A stretch of DNA of 64,000 nucleotides, taken from positions 256,001-320,000 of the forward strand of contig CAVUWD010000019.1 of assembly GCA_963745025.1 (NCBI GenBank), written 5' to 3'. The position numbers and the translations under genes were made by a program. Origin of the DNA: an uncultured delta proteobacterium (GTDB taxonomy: Bacteria > Desulfobacterota > Binatia > JACPRU01). The notes under the pieces were generated by a model. It searched no databases. It had not been told where the DNA came from and was given only the letters and a program-made list of their open reading frames with translations. Shown here piece by piece: positions 1-9,684 of this stretch. Within the stretch, counting starts at the first letter, position 1. Each line of letters starts with the position of its first letter.

Positions 1-396
1 GAGCGCCTCGCCCGAGAGCTCGGCATCGCGGGCTCCGTGCGCTTTCTCGGCGAGCAGCGGCAGGTCGCCGACGTGCTCGCCGCGCTGGACGTCTTCGTGC
101 TGCCCTCCCGTCACGAAGGGCTCGGCGTGGCCGTCCTCGAGGCCATGGCGGCGGCCCTGCCGGTCGTCGCCTCCGCCGTGGGCGGCATCCCAGAAGCCGT
201 CGCGGCCGGCCGCACGGGTCTTCTCGTCCGTGCCGAAGATCCCGACGCGCTCGCGGCGGCGATCGTTGAGCTCGGTCGGGACCGCGAGCGTGCCCGCCGC
301 CTGGGCTCCGCGGGCCGCGATCGAGTGCTCGCGGAGTTCTCGATGGAGGTGATGGCGAGCCGCTACGAGCGCCTCTATGACGAGGTGAGCAGCTGA
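1..396 (+). CDS. Glycosyltransferase family 4 (GT-B), 5'-truncated by the window edge
   Basis: DVFVLPSRHEGLGVAVLEAMAAALPVVAS..GGIPE is the GT4 C-terminal signature. Confidence 0.9.
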   Translation, partial: ERLARELGIAGSVRFLGEQRQVADVLAALDVFVLPSRHEGLGVAVLEAMAAALPVVASAVGGIPEAVAAGRTGLLVRAEDPDALAAAIVELGRDRERARRLGSAGRDRVLAEFSMEVMASRYERLYDEVSS

Positions 397-444
397 TCCG
401 AGCCGGTTGCGTGCCTTTCCGGCATGAGAGATAACGGGCGCTCC

Positions 445-720
445 ATGGACCGCGACGAGATCAAGCGCAGCCTCAAGCGACTGCTGATCGACGGGCTTCG
501 CCTGCAGGGCCTTCGCGCCGACGACATCGAAGAAGCCGCGCCGATCTTCGTCGAAGGGCTCGGCCTCGATTCCGTCGATGCGCTCGAGTTCGTCGTGCTG
601 GTCGAAGAGAAGTTCAACATCCAGATCCCCGACGAGGACGTCGGCAAGCGGGCCTTCGCCTCGATCGAGGCGCTGACCGATTACGTGTCTGCGGAGCTCT
701 CTCGGGTTAATGGAACGTGA
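445..720 (+). CDS. Acyl carrier protein (aryl-polyene/flexirubin-like)
   Basis: GLGLDSVDALE phosphopantetheine Ser motif; acidic ~90 aa protein; ATG at 445 (alternative 424). Confidence 0.92.
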   Translation: MDRDEIKRSLKRLLIDGLRLQGLRADDIEEAAPIFVEGLGLDSVDALEFVVLVEEKFNIQIPDEDVGKRAFASIEALTDYVSAELSRVNGT

Positions 721-917
721 ACGCGGATCGAGCTGAGGGGCACGCGGCACGGTTTCTCGACCGTGGTGTGCTCCGCCCACAGCTCATCCGCTCGCACGCG
801 GATGGATCCGCCAATGGCGGCTCATCCGTTGCGGCCTCGACACGGCTTCGACCGCTGCTGTCGGAGCGAAGAAGCGTCCACCTGCAACGAGTCTCCGAAA
901 ACCGGTAGTCTCGGTGC

Positions 918-2132
918 ATGCGTCGCGTGGTGATCACCGGCATTGGCAGCTGGAACGGCTTCGGCGCCGGAGTGCCGGCGTTCCTCGATGCGCTGCGCGC
1001 AGGGGCGTGCGCGATCGGTCAGATGACCGTGTTCTCGACCGAGGGGTTTCGCACGCACCGCGCGGCAGTCGCGCCGGCCGCGAATGTAGGCGGCTGGGTG
1101 TCCACGCCGCTCGAGTTCCGGTTGTCGCGTTCCGACCGAATGGCCGTGGCGGCGGCGCGTGAGGCCTGGCTCGCCTCGGGGATTGCGGAAGCCGGGCTCG
1201 CAAGCGAGCGGATCGGAGTCGTCATGGGAGGGACCACCGGCGGGATGCTCGAGGCCGAGGACATTCTTCGCCGTCGCCAGTCGGGCGAGCTCGAGCGCAT
1301 GCCGGTGCGCGGTCTGGTGGCGATGCCGGTCTGCTCCACGGCGGACGTACTGGCCGCCGTGTTCGGCTGCGGGGGCCCGCGGTTCACCGTCGTGACCGCG
1401 TGCTCGTCGAGCGCCAACTCGCTCGGGCTCGCGGCCGATCTCGTCCAGGAAGGGCGTGCCGACGCGTTGCTCGCCGGTGGGACCGATGCGCACTGCAAGA
1501 TGACGTACGCGGGCTTCAATGCTCTGCAGGCGCTCGCTCCGGACGTGTGCCGCCCGTTCGATCGGCGCCGCGCCGGACTCTCGCTCGGCGAGGGGGCGGC
1601 GATGTTCGTGCTCGAGGAGGAACGACACGCGCGCCGGCGCGGAGCGGACATCCTGGCGGAGTTCGCCGGGTATGGCACCAGCGCCGATGCGCACCACATG
1701 ACGGCTCCGGACCCCGAGGGTCGGGGCGCGGTCGCGGCGATGCGGCGGGCTCTTGCGGAGGCCCGTCTCGCGCCGGAAGCGATCGATTACGTCAACGCGC
1801 ACGGCACGGGAACTCCACAAAACGATCCGATCGAGACGCGCGCGATCAAGGCCGTGTTCGGAGCCCACGCGCGGCGATTGGCCGTCAGTTCCACGAAGTC
1901 GCAGACCGGCCACTGCCTCGGCGCGGCCGGCGCGATCGAGATCCTCGCGACCGTGCTCGCGCTGCGCCACGGCTTTCTGCCGCCGACCGTCAACCTCGAA
2001 GAGCCCGATCCGGAGTGCGATCTCGACTATGTCCCGCGCCTCGCGCGTGCGCGTGATCTGCGCGCGGCCATGTCCAACTCGTACGGCTTCGGCGGCAACA
2101 ACACGAGCGTCGTGCTGAAGGCGTATTCATGA
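918..2132 (+). CDS. Beta-ketoacyl-ACP synthase (FabF-like KS)
   Basis: TACSSS, NAHGTGT, GHCLGAAG (Cys-His-His triad) and SNSYGFGGNN. Confidence 0.95.
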   Translation: MRRVVITGIGSWNGFGAGVPAFLDALRAGACAIGQMTVFSTEGFRTHRAAVAPAANVGGWVSTPLEFRLSRSDRMAVAAAREAWLASGIAEAGLASERIGVVMGGTTGGMLEAEDILRRRQSGELERMPVRGLVAMPVCSTADVLAAVFGCGGPRFTVVTACSSSANSLGLAADLVQEGRADALLAGGTDAHCKMTYAGFNALQALAPDVCRPFDRRRAGLSLGEGAAMFVLEEERHARRRGADILAEFAGYGTSADAHHMTAPDPEGRGAVAAMRRALAEARLAPEAIDYVNAHGTGTPQNDPIETRAIKAVFGAHARRLAVSSTKSQTGHCLGAAGAIEILATVLALRHGFLPPTVNLEEPDPECDLDYVPRLARARDLRAAMSNSYGFGGNNTSVVLKAYS

Positions 2133-3328
2133 GCGAGGCGGTGATCTCCGGCATCGGCGTGGTGAGCCCGCTCGGCATCGGTGCGACGGCCTTCTGGGAC
2201 GCGCTCTGCTCGGGCCGGACGGCGATCGCAGAGATCCGCCGATTCGACCCCGGTCCGACGCCGCCCCGCCTGGCCGCCGAGGTGCGCGAGATTCCGGCCC
2301 GCGACGTTTTCCCCGCGGCTCTGGTCCGCCGCATGGATCGTGTCTCGCAAATGATCGGCGCCGCCGCCGTGCTGGCGGTGCGCGACGCCTGCCTCGGGCG
2401 GAGCGCGCCCGACGACGATCTGGCCGTCGTCGTCGGCTCGTCGCTCGGCAACCTCGGCGAGGCGGCGCAGTTTCTCGAGCGCGTCTTCACCAAGGGACCG
2501 TCACTTGCCAGCCCGATGTTGTTTCCGAACCTGGTGATGAACGCGCCCGCGAGCCAGGTGGCGATGGCGCTCGGCTGGCACGGACCCAACCTGACCGTGT
2601 CTGCGGGTGAGATTTCGGGGGAGAGCGCCCTCGACGTGGCGATCGATCTTCTGCGCCGCGGCAGGGCGCGAGCCGTCGTGGTGGCGGCGGGCGAAGAGCT
2701 TTCGGCGGTGCTCTTCCGGGCGCTCCGGGACTTTCGGCATCTCTCGCCGCGCCGCCGCGGACGCGAGCGCTCGAGCCCCTTCGACGTCGAAGCCAACGGA
2801 CCGGTGCTCGGCGAAGGGGCTGCGGCCGTCGTCGTCGAGACGCCGGAGTCGGCGACGCGTCGCGGCGCCCGCGTGCACGCGACCATCGAGCGGATGATTC
2901 GCTTTCAGCTCGCCGTGAAGAATCCCCACGTCTGGCCCGCTCCGGGTGCAGCGCTGGAAACCGGTGATCTGCCGACGCTCTCCGCCGACCTCGTCTTTTC
3001 CGGCGCGGATTCCTCTCCCGAGCGCGACCCGCTCGAGCTCACGCTGCTCGCGCGGATGGTGCCGGCCGACCCGCCGGTGTACTCGCTGGCCGGAGCGGTC
3101 GGCAGTCACGCGGCGCAGGGGCTCACGACCCTGTCCGCGGCGGCGCTCGCGCTGTCTTCCGGAAGCCTCCCGCCGGTTGTCGGTCTCGAGCGACCGCGTC
3201 CGGAGTTTCCGTTCCACTTTCCGAAGGAGGCGCTCTCGGGTTCGTGGGCGAGCGGCTTGGTGCTCGGCGTGGCGCGCGGCGGGGCGGGGATGGCGATCGG
3301 GATCACCCGCGAGGCGCGGAGACCGTGA
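2129..3328 (+). CDS. KS-like chain-length factor (catalytically inactive partner)
   Basis: KS fold motifs (VISGIGVVSP, GEGAAAVVVE), but catalytic Cys aligns to Glu (TVSAGEISG) and HGTGT is lost; ATGA overlap with the KS. Confidence 0.8.
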   Translation: MSEAVISGIGVVSPLGIGATAFWDALCSGRTAIAEIRRFDPGPTPPRLAAEVREIPARDVFPAALVRRMDRVSQMIGAAAVLAVRDACLGRSAPDDDLAVVVGSSLGNLGEAAQFLERVFTKGPSLASPMLFPNLVMNAPASQVAMALGWHGPNLTVSAGEISGESALDVAIDLLRRGRARAVVVAAGEELSAVLFRALRDFRHLSPRRRGRERSSPFDVEANGPVLGEGAAAVVVETPESATRRGARVHATIERMIRFQLAVKNPHVWPAPGAALETGDLPTLSADLVFSGADSSPERDPLELTLLARMVPADPPVYSLAGAVGSHAAQGLTTLSAAALALSSGSLPPVVGLERPRPEFPFHFPKEALSGSWASGLVLGVARGGAGMAIGITREARRP

Positions 3329-3975
3329 GCGCGCGGCGAGGTCGATTCCCAGTGCTGCTGGTGCGGGCGCTCTTCGTTCCGGTCATCTGCTCCGCTGCGG
3401 CGACGACTCCCGAGGTCGTCGAGAGGCTCCGGGAGCTCGGTCGTGCGAGCGCGGCCGTCACCACGCTGCGCGCGCATTTCGTGCAGGAAAAGCACGTGAC
3501 GATCGTCCGCGACGTGCTGCGTTCGTCCGGAACGTTCTTGCTCGACAAGCGCGGCCGCATCGCCTGGGAGGTCGCCGAGCCGGATGCCGTGCGCATCGTC
3601 ATCCGCGAAGACGGGGTGTTCGCTGCCGGCAAGCGCGTGGGGGCGGAAGCGCAGGGGCGAAGCGGCGAGAGCGCTACGAATGCCAAGCTCTCGCCGCTGC
3701 CGATGCTCGAGGGCCTGAACGGGATCTTCGCCGGCGTGTCGGAAGAGACGGCGCGGGACTTCGAGGTGACGTTCCGCGACCGCGATCGTCTGCGCCTCGT
3801 GCCCCGCGCGCGCTCGCTTTCGGCCTGGCTCTCCGCGATCGAGATCACGCTCGGCGGCGAGGCGCAGACACCGCAGCGCGTCCGGCTCGAGGAGCCGGGC
3901 GGCGACGTGACGGAGATCACGTTCAGCGACGTGACGGTGAATCCGTCGCTCGACGACGCGGCCTTCGCGCCATGA
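3325..3975 (+). CDS. LolA-family outer-membrane lipoprotein/lipid carrier
   Basis: Signal-like N-terminus; TLRAHFVQEK..SSGTF..GRIAWEV..P; ends VNPSLDDAAF; GTG at 3325 overlaps the upstream stop. Confidence 0.85.
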   Translation: MSARRGRFPVLLVRALFVPVICSAAATTPEVVERLRELGRASAAVTTLRAHFVQEKHVTIVRDVLRSSGTFLLDKRGRIAWEVAEPDAVRIVIREDGVFAAGKRVGAEAQGRSGESATNAKLSPLPMLEGLNGIFAGVSEETARDFEVTFRDRDRLRLVPRARSLSAWLSAIEITLGGEAQTPQRVRLEEPGGDVTEITFSDVTVNPSLDDAAFAP

Positions 3976-4697
3976 CGCGGCCGGGGCGCCTCGCGCTGGC
4001 TCTCGGCCTCCTCGCCGCGCTCGGCTGCCACCGAACGGCCCGCCCGCCGGCGCCCGGCGAGACGGTCGTCAGCGACGCGCAGGCAATCGCCGTGGTCGCG
4101 CGCCGCGAGGCCGAGACGCCGACGATGACCGCGACCTTCCAGCTCACCGTGCACCGGCCGGATGGCAGCGAGGAAGGCAGCCGGGGAGCGGTCGTGGTCA
4201 CTCGACCGGATCGGCTGCGCCTGCAGATCTTCTCCTTCGGCGTGATGACGTCCTACGACTACACCGTGAACGGCAACCGCTACCGAGTGCGCCGGCCGCT
4301 CGACGGCAGCGAAACGATCGGCCGTTTCGACGATGCGGAAGCCTCCGAGACCGGCGCATTCGGCCCGGACCTCCGACCGCTGTTTCTACCCGCTGCGGCG
4401 GCCGGCTCGGCGAGCGCGCGCGACGCCGGTGATCACTTCGTGGTGGCGGTCGCCGAGCAGCGGGGGCGAAGGGAGATCGACGTGTCGAAGCGCGATGGCT
4501 CGGTCACGCGCGAAGCCCTCTATCAGGACGCCGGGCCCCGCGTCGTCATCGACTACGGCGACTACCGGTTCGTCGACGGCGCCGCCCTCCCCTTCGTCGT
4601 CGAAGTGACCTACCCGCAGACGAGCTTGCGACTGACGATTCGCGTCGCGCACTATACGCGAAATCAGCCCGTCGATCCGCATCTGTTCGAGTTCTGA
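3972..4697 (+). CDS. Lipoprotein, LolA/LolB-like (DUF4292-like) fold
   Basis: Real start ATG 3972 inside ORF 2946..4697; lipobox LAALGC; RPDRLRLQI, IDYGDYRFVDG..LP; ends NQPVDPHLFEF. Confidence 0.7.
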   Translation: MTRPGRLALALGLLAALGCHRTARPPAPGETVVSDAQAIAVVARREAETPTMTATFQLTVHRPDGSEEGSRGAVVVTRPDRLRLQIFSFGVMTSYDYTVNGNRYRVRRPLDGSETIGRFDDAEASETGAFGPDLRPLFLPAAAAGSASARDAGDHFVVAVAEQRGRREIDVSKRDGSVTREALYQDAGPRVVIDYGDYRFVDGAALPFVVEVTYPQTSLRLTIRVAHYTRNQPVDPHLFEF

Positions 4698-7213
4698 TGG
4701 AGCGGCGGTTCCCTTACGACCGGCTGGTTGCGGCCGTCGACCGCCGTCATCGGGCGATCCTGCTGGTCGCGGCCGGCTTGCTTGTGGCTTCCGGTCTGTC
4801 GCTGCTCCGGCTCCGCCTCGACATGGACGTGCTCTCGCAGCTCCCGTCGCGCTCGCCGGTCTTCCGCGATTACCGCGAATTTCTACAGACGTCCGGCGTT
4901 TTCGACAGCCTCGTCGTGCTGGTGACGGGCGAGCGCGACTCCATCGTGTCGTTCGCCGAGGCGCTGGCGGAGAAGCTCGCGCGGAGTCCTGACATCGGCT
5001 CGGTTCGTTACCGCATCGATCTCGACGACGTGCGGCGGCGCTTCCTCGTGCCGTTCCGTTACGAGCTCCTGAGCGACGACGACCTCGAAGAGCTCGCCCG
5101 TCGGCTCGAGCCCGCCGCGATCGAGGCGCGCGTGCGGAACCTGAGGCGCGCATTGGCGATGCCGATGAGTCTCGGCGCCCGGCGTTGGATCCTCGAGGAC
5201 CCGCTCGGAGACGAAGAGCTGGTCGGGCGCTCGATCGAGCGCCGCTACGCCGATCCCCTGTTTCGTCCGTCGAGCGAGAACTTCCTGGCGCCGGGGGGCG
5301 ATGCGCTTCTCCTCGTGGTGCGGCCGGTGGGATCGGCCTTCGATACGATCTTCGCCGAGCGGCTGCTCACGGAGGTGAAGAGCGCCGAAGCGGAGCTCCT
5401 CGCGGACCGCTTTCGGACGAGCGGCGTGCGTGTGGGCCACACGGGCAGCTACGTTTATGCCCTCGCCGACAAGCAAGTGCTGCAGAGCGACCTGCGCATC
5501 TATTTTCTGTTCGCGCCGCTCGCCGTGCTGATGATTTTTCACCTCGGCCTACGGACGCTCCGCATCCTGCCGTTCGTGACCTTTCCCTTGCTGGTGACGA
5601 CCGCGGTGACGTTCGCGCTGTCTCTCGCCTTCTTCCGCAGCCTGAACATGATCTCGATCGCGTTCGCGGGCATCTTCTACGGGCTCGGCATCGACTCGGC
5701 CATCTATTTCTACAGCCTGCTGCGGGATAAGGCCGCCGCGCGGGGAGACCTCGACCGCGGAGTGGTGCGACTCCTGGTCACGGAGACGCTGAGCGAGATC
5801 GGCCTGGCCAACGTCGTCGCATCGACGACCACCGCGGTTGCCTTTCTCGTCGTCGGATTCTCCGACTTCTCCGGCGTGAGCCAGCTCGGCATCTTGACGG
5901 CGCTGGCGATGCTCCTGAACGTGGTCGCGACGTTCGTCCTCTTGCCGGCGATGGTGTTCGCCTGGGGGCCGCGCGCGATTCCCGTACAGCCTGCGCGGCC
6001 GAGCCGCTTTGCGGCGGGCTGCGCTCGCGCAAGCGCCCGACTGGCCGAGCGGCGAACCGCCGTGCTCGTGCTGTCGGCGGTCGTGGTCGGCGCCGCGGGT
6101 CTCGCGCTCCCGCGCGTGCGCTTGGACACCGATTTCACGCACCTCAGGCCCGGCGGCGGCGAGGCGGAACGGGTCGAACGGATGATTCACGACAAGTTCG
6201 GCCACGTAGCCGCGCAGGGAGTCGCGCTGGTGCACGCACCGGACGTCGATGGCTGCTTGCGTACCACGGAGCAGTTGGCTGCGGCGCTCGACCGCTACCG
6301 GGAGCAGGGGCTCGTGGCGTCGTACTCGTCGCTCTCGGCATTTTTTCCCTCCGCGGAAAACGCCTCGCGACGACTGGCGCGTTTTCGTTCGCTCCCCCGA
6401 GCGCGGGCGGCAGAAGCGCTGCGGCGCTCGCTCGGCGAAGCGGGCTTCGATCCCGCCGCGTTCTCGGGCTTCTTGGAGGATCTCGTCCGCGACGAGCGGC
6501 CGCGCATCACGGTCGAGGCACAGAGCGAGGGCCCGCTCGCGGGTCTCCTCGAGCAGCATCTGCGGCGCTCCGCGCAAGGATTCGTGGTCTCGACGTATTT
6601 CGTTCCCGCCGCAGGCGTGTCGATTGCGACGATCCGCGACCGGCTCCGTGTCGACCTGCCGGGCGTGCCGCTGACCGTGACCGGGCGCGAGCTGGCCGAA
6701 GCCGAGTTCGCCCGTCTGCTCGAGCGCGAGCTCGCGTGGTTTCTCGGCGGCGCGCTGCTGCTGAATCTGCTGCTCGTCTTCGCCGCCGAGCGGCGGATCG
6801 TCACGACGCTCGCGTTGCTCTCACCGACGCTCACCGCCCTCGTTCTCTACCTCGGCCTGATCGGCGCATTCGGCGTGGCGATCGATCCGATCAATTTGGT
6901 CGTCTTGCCGTTGCTGATCGGCCTCGGCGTCGACGACAGCGTGTACCTCGTCGCTCACATGCGCTACGGCGGCGGCTTGGTGCCGGGCGTCCGACGGGGC
7001 GCGACGCCGCTCCTCCTCGCCGTCGCCACCACGGTTGCGGGATTCGGTTCGCTCGGCCTGTCGCGGTTTCCGGCGCTGCGCCGGCTGGGGTGGCTGGCGG
7101 CGCTCGGCCTTTCGCTTTGCATGGCCGCGAGCCTGCTGCTCGTTCCGGCGCTGGCGCGTGCGCTGGTTGGCCGGGAACGGGCGACTCCGATAGCATCCAA
7201 CGAGCGCCGATGA
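4697..7213 (+). CDS. MMPL/RND-family lipid exporter
   Basis: Two TM repeats with GLGIDSAI and GLGVDDSV motifs; 838 aa. Confidence 0.92.
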   Translation: MERRFPYDRLVAAVDRRHRAILLVAAGLLVASGLSLLRLRLDMDVLSQLPSRSPVFRDYREFLQTSGVFDSLVVLVTGERDSIVSFAEALAEKLARSPDIGSVRYRIDLDDVRRRFLVPFRYELLSDDDLEELARRLEPAAIEARVRNLRRALAMPMSLGARRWILEDPLGDEELVGRSIERRYADPLFRPSSENFLAPGGDALLLVVRPVGSAFDTIFAERLLTEVKSAEAELLADRFRTSGVRVGHTGSYVYALADKQVLQSDLRIYFLFAPLAVLMIFHLGLRTLRILPFVTFPLLVTTAVTFALSLAFFRSLNMISIAFAGIFYGLGIDSAIYFYSLLRDKAAARGDLDRGVVRLLVTETLSEIGLANVVASTTTAVAFLVVGFSDFSGVSQLGILTALAMLLNVVATFVLLPAMVFAWGPRAIPVQPARPSRFAAGCARASARLAERRTAVLVLSAVVVGAAGLALPRVRLDTDFTHLRPGGGEAERVERMIHDKFGHVAAQGVALVHAPDVDGCLRTTEQLAAALDRYREQGLVASYSSLSAFFPSAENASRRLARFRSLPRARAAEALRRSLGEAGFDPAAFSGFLEDLVRDERPRITVEAQSEGPLAGLLEQHLRRSAQGFVVSTYFVPAAGVSIATIRDRLRVDLPGVPLTVTGRELAEAEFARLLERELAWFLGGALLLNLLLVFAAERRIVTTLALLSPTLTALVLYLGLIGAFGVAIDPINLVVLPLLIGLGVDDSVYLVAHMRYGGGLVPGVRRGATPLLLAVATTVAGFGSLGLSRFPALRRLGWLAALGLSLCMAASLLLVPALARALVGRERATPIASNERR

Positions 7214-8076
7214 CCCCGATCTCGAACGCGCTGACGATTGACGTCGAGGACTGGTATCACGATGCCGACGGGCTCGGCGGCTCGGAAACGCCGGATCCCG
7301 AGCCGCGCGTCGAGCGCAACGTCCATCGTCTTCTCGATCTGCTCGATCGACAGGGCGTGCGCGCCACGCTCTTCGTCCTCGGCGAGGTCGCCGAGCGCTC
7401 TCCGGCGCTCGTCCGCGAGGCGTTCGCTCGGGGTCACGAAATCGCCAGCCACGGGTATCGCCATCGGCCGATCGGCACGTGGCTGCGGCGCGAGTTCCGT
7501 GACGACGTCGAGCGCTCGCTCGCGCTGCTCCAAGATGTTACCGGAGCCCCCGTGCGCGGCTATCGAGCGCCGTATTTCTCGATCCGGGCGGACGTCCATT
7601 GGCCGGGCGACGTGCTGGCGGAGCTCGGAATCGCCTACGACTCGAGCGTGCTGCCGATCGATCGCGCCCCCGGCCTCGAGCTGGTTTCGCCGCGCGCTCC
7701 GTATCGCCTCGGCAGCGGCGTGTGGGAAGTGCCGGTGGCCATCAACCGGTACCTCTTCTGGAATCTGCCGCTGCTCGGCGGCTTTGCGCTGCGCATGCTG
7801 TCGCTCGGCTTCGTCGAGAGGCGGCTGGCCGAGTTCAATCGCGAGGTCGGTCCGGCGGTGGTTCACCTTCATCCGTGGGAGATCGACGCGATGGGGCCCG
7901 AAGCGCGGTCGATCTCCGTCGTCGTCCGCGGCCTGAAGCGGGTCGGTCGGAGCGGTCTCGCGACGAAGCTCGAGCGACTGTTCGGCGCTCACTCCTTCGG
8001 CTCGATCGCGGCGGTGTTTCCCGAAGTGGGCGGCGCCTCCGTCGCGAGGGAGCGCCACGACAAGCCTTCGACGTAG
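7210..8076 (+). CDS. Polysaccharide deacetylase (CE4, DUF3473-type)
   Basis: ATG 7210; NALTIDVEDWYH, HEIASHGYRH, GYRAPYFSI, HLHPWEID. Confidence 0.9.
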   Translation: MTPISNALTIDVEDWYHDADGLGGSETPDPEPRVERNVHRLLDLLDRQGVRATLFVLGEVAERSPALVREAFARGHEIASHGYRHRPIGTWLRREFRDDVERSLALLQDVTGAPVRGYRAPYFSIRADVHWPGDVLAELGIAYDSSVLPIDRAPGLELVSPRAPYRLGSGVWEVPVAINRYLFWNLPLLGGFALRMLSLGFVERRLAEFNREVGPAVVHLHPWEIDAMGPEARSISVVVRGLKRVGRSGLATKLERLFGAHSFGSIAAVFPEVGGASVARERHDKPST

Positions 8077-9014
8077 AGCACGGCCAGACCGACGAGGATC
8101 CACAGCGTCTCGCGCACGCGCACGACGAGCCCGACGACGAGCCCGAGAGACGCGCTGCCTCCCGCGAGCGTGAGCACGCCGACCTCGGTCGCCTCGAGCG
8201 AACCGATCGCTGCCGGAATCGGCAAGAGCTGGGCGATTCCCATGCCGACCATCACGCCGAGCAGGGTGGAGGGCGAGATCGGCAACGCGAAGGCGGCGGT
8301 GAGCGTCCAGAGCTCGGCGATGATGAGCCCTTCGGCGAGGAACGAAAGGGCGAGCGCGACGAGAAAGCTCCGCGTGCGCAGGAATTCCGTGAGCTGCCGG
8401 TCGATCGACTCGAGCGAGCCGCGAGCCCGCGGGAAGAAGCCGCGGCGGGTGAGGAGCAAAATCACCGTGCCCCTCCGGTAGGAGAGCAGATAGAAGCCCG
8501 CTAGCGCCACGAAACAGGCGATCATCCCGCCCACTACCCAGGGTGCCGCCCAGGCGGAACCGTCGTTGGCGAGAAAGAACACCACGACGTAAGTCGGACC
8601 GAGAATGGAGCTCGCCGTCAGGTCGAGCATGCGGTCCATGGCGACGCTCGCGATCGCCCGCGTCCACCCGTGCCGGCGCCGGCGCAGCAGAAAGGCTCGC
8701 ATCGGCTCGCCGCTCAGATGGGCCGAGGGGAGAAGCGTGCTCACCGCGTGCTCGGCGGCGCGGAAGCCGAGGAGCGTGTGGATCGCGGGTGGCGGCCGGG
8801 CGCCGCCCATCGCCACGAGGACGATGCTCCAGCGCTTCGCGTAGGTGAGGAAGACGGCCGCGCTGAGCGCGAGGAAAACCACGAATCGCCAGGGATCGGC
8901 GCGCCCGACAGCCTGGCCGAGCTCGCTGAGACCGAGATGTTGGCAGAGGAGGACGAAGAGGGCCAGGCCGGCGACGAGGAAAACGATGCGCAACGGCTGG
9001 AGGGGACGCTTCAC
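7989..9014 (-). CDS. Lysylphosphatidylglycerol-synthase TM domain (flippase-like) membrane protein
   Basis: Polytopic; LLPSAHLSGEPMR, DRMLD, PIPAAIGSLEA motifs. Confidence 0.8.
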   Translation of the reverse strand: MKRPLQPLRIVFLVAGLALFVLLCQHLGLSELGQAVGRADPWRFVVFLALSAAVFLTYAKRWSIVLVAMGGARPPPAIHTLLGFRAAEHAVSTLLPSAHLSGEPMRAFLLRRRRHGWTRAIASVAMDRMLDLTASSILGPTYVVVFFLANDGSAWAAPWVVGGMIACFVALAGFYLLSYRRGTVILLLTRRGFFPRARGSLESIDRQLTEFLRTRSFLVALALSFLAEGLIIAELWTLTAAFALPISPSTLLGVMVGMGIAQLLPIPAAIGSLEATEVGVLTLAGGSASLGLVVGLVVRVRETLWILVGLAVLYVEGLSWRSLATEAPPTSGNTAAIEPKE

Positions 9015-9087
9015 GCTTTCTTCGCGTAGACGCTTCGTGTCGCTCCAACCGCTGCGAAGCGAAAAACGCGTGAAACGCCCCCTCCGT

Positions 9088-9684
9088 TCATCCCTGCTGG
9101 ACGCCCTCGACGTCGATCTCGATCGTCACGTCGTCGCCGACGAGCAGGCCGCCGCTTTCCAGAGCCTTGTTCCAGGTGAGGCCGAAGTCCTTGCGGTTGA
9201 TCGTGGTCGTGCCGTGGAATCCGGCGCGCTCGTGGCCTCCCGGGTCCTTGCCTTTGCCGAGGAAGCTCGCGTCGAGGACGACGGGCCGCGACACGCCGTG
9301 GAGCGTCAGAGTGCCTTGCATCTTGCCCTTCTTGCCGGTCGAGTCGAGGTCGGTCACGCCCGTGCTCTCAAACGTGACCTTGGGAAACTTGGCCACGTCG
9401 AAGAAGTCGGCCGAGCGCAGGTGGTCGTCGCGCTTCTTGACGTTGGTGTTGATGGTCGCGGCGTCGATCGAGCCCTCGACGCGGGTTTTCGCCGGCTCCT
9501 TCTCGTCGAAGGTGATCTTGCCGTCGAAATTCTCGAAGCGGCCGGCCACCGTGGTGAAGAGGTGCCGGATGCGAAACACCACCGACGTGTGGGCGGGATC
9601 GACGTCGTAGACCTCCGCGAGCGACGTCGATGCCCAAAGCAAGGTAACCGCCACTGCAAACCACGGCTTGGTTCGATCCATCAT
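9088..9684 (-). CDS. YceI-family periplasmic lipid/polyisoprenoid-binding protein
   Basis: YDVDPAHTSVVF, RDDHLRSADFFDV..FP, GTLTLHGV, INRKDFGL. Confidence 0.93.
   Translation of the reverse strand: MMDRTKPWFAVAVTLLWASTSLAEVYDVDPAHTSVVFRIRHLFTTVAGRFENFDGKITFDEKEPAKTRVEGSIDAATINTNVKKRDDHLRSADFFDVAKFPKVTFESTGVTDLDSTGKKGKMQGTLTLHGVSRPVVLDASFLGKGKDPGGHERAGFHGTTTINRKDFGLTWNKALESGGLLVGDDVTIEIDVEGVQQG

Noticed and set aside
7989-8076. 88-bp convergent overlap of the deacetylase and flippase-like genes (also 56559-56597)
   Set aside because: The overlaps involve low-complexity tails, which is common in GC-rich genomes with few stop codons
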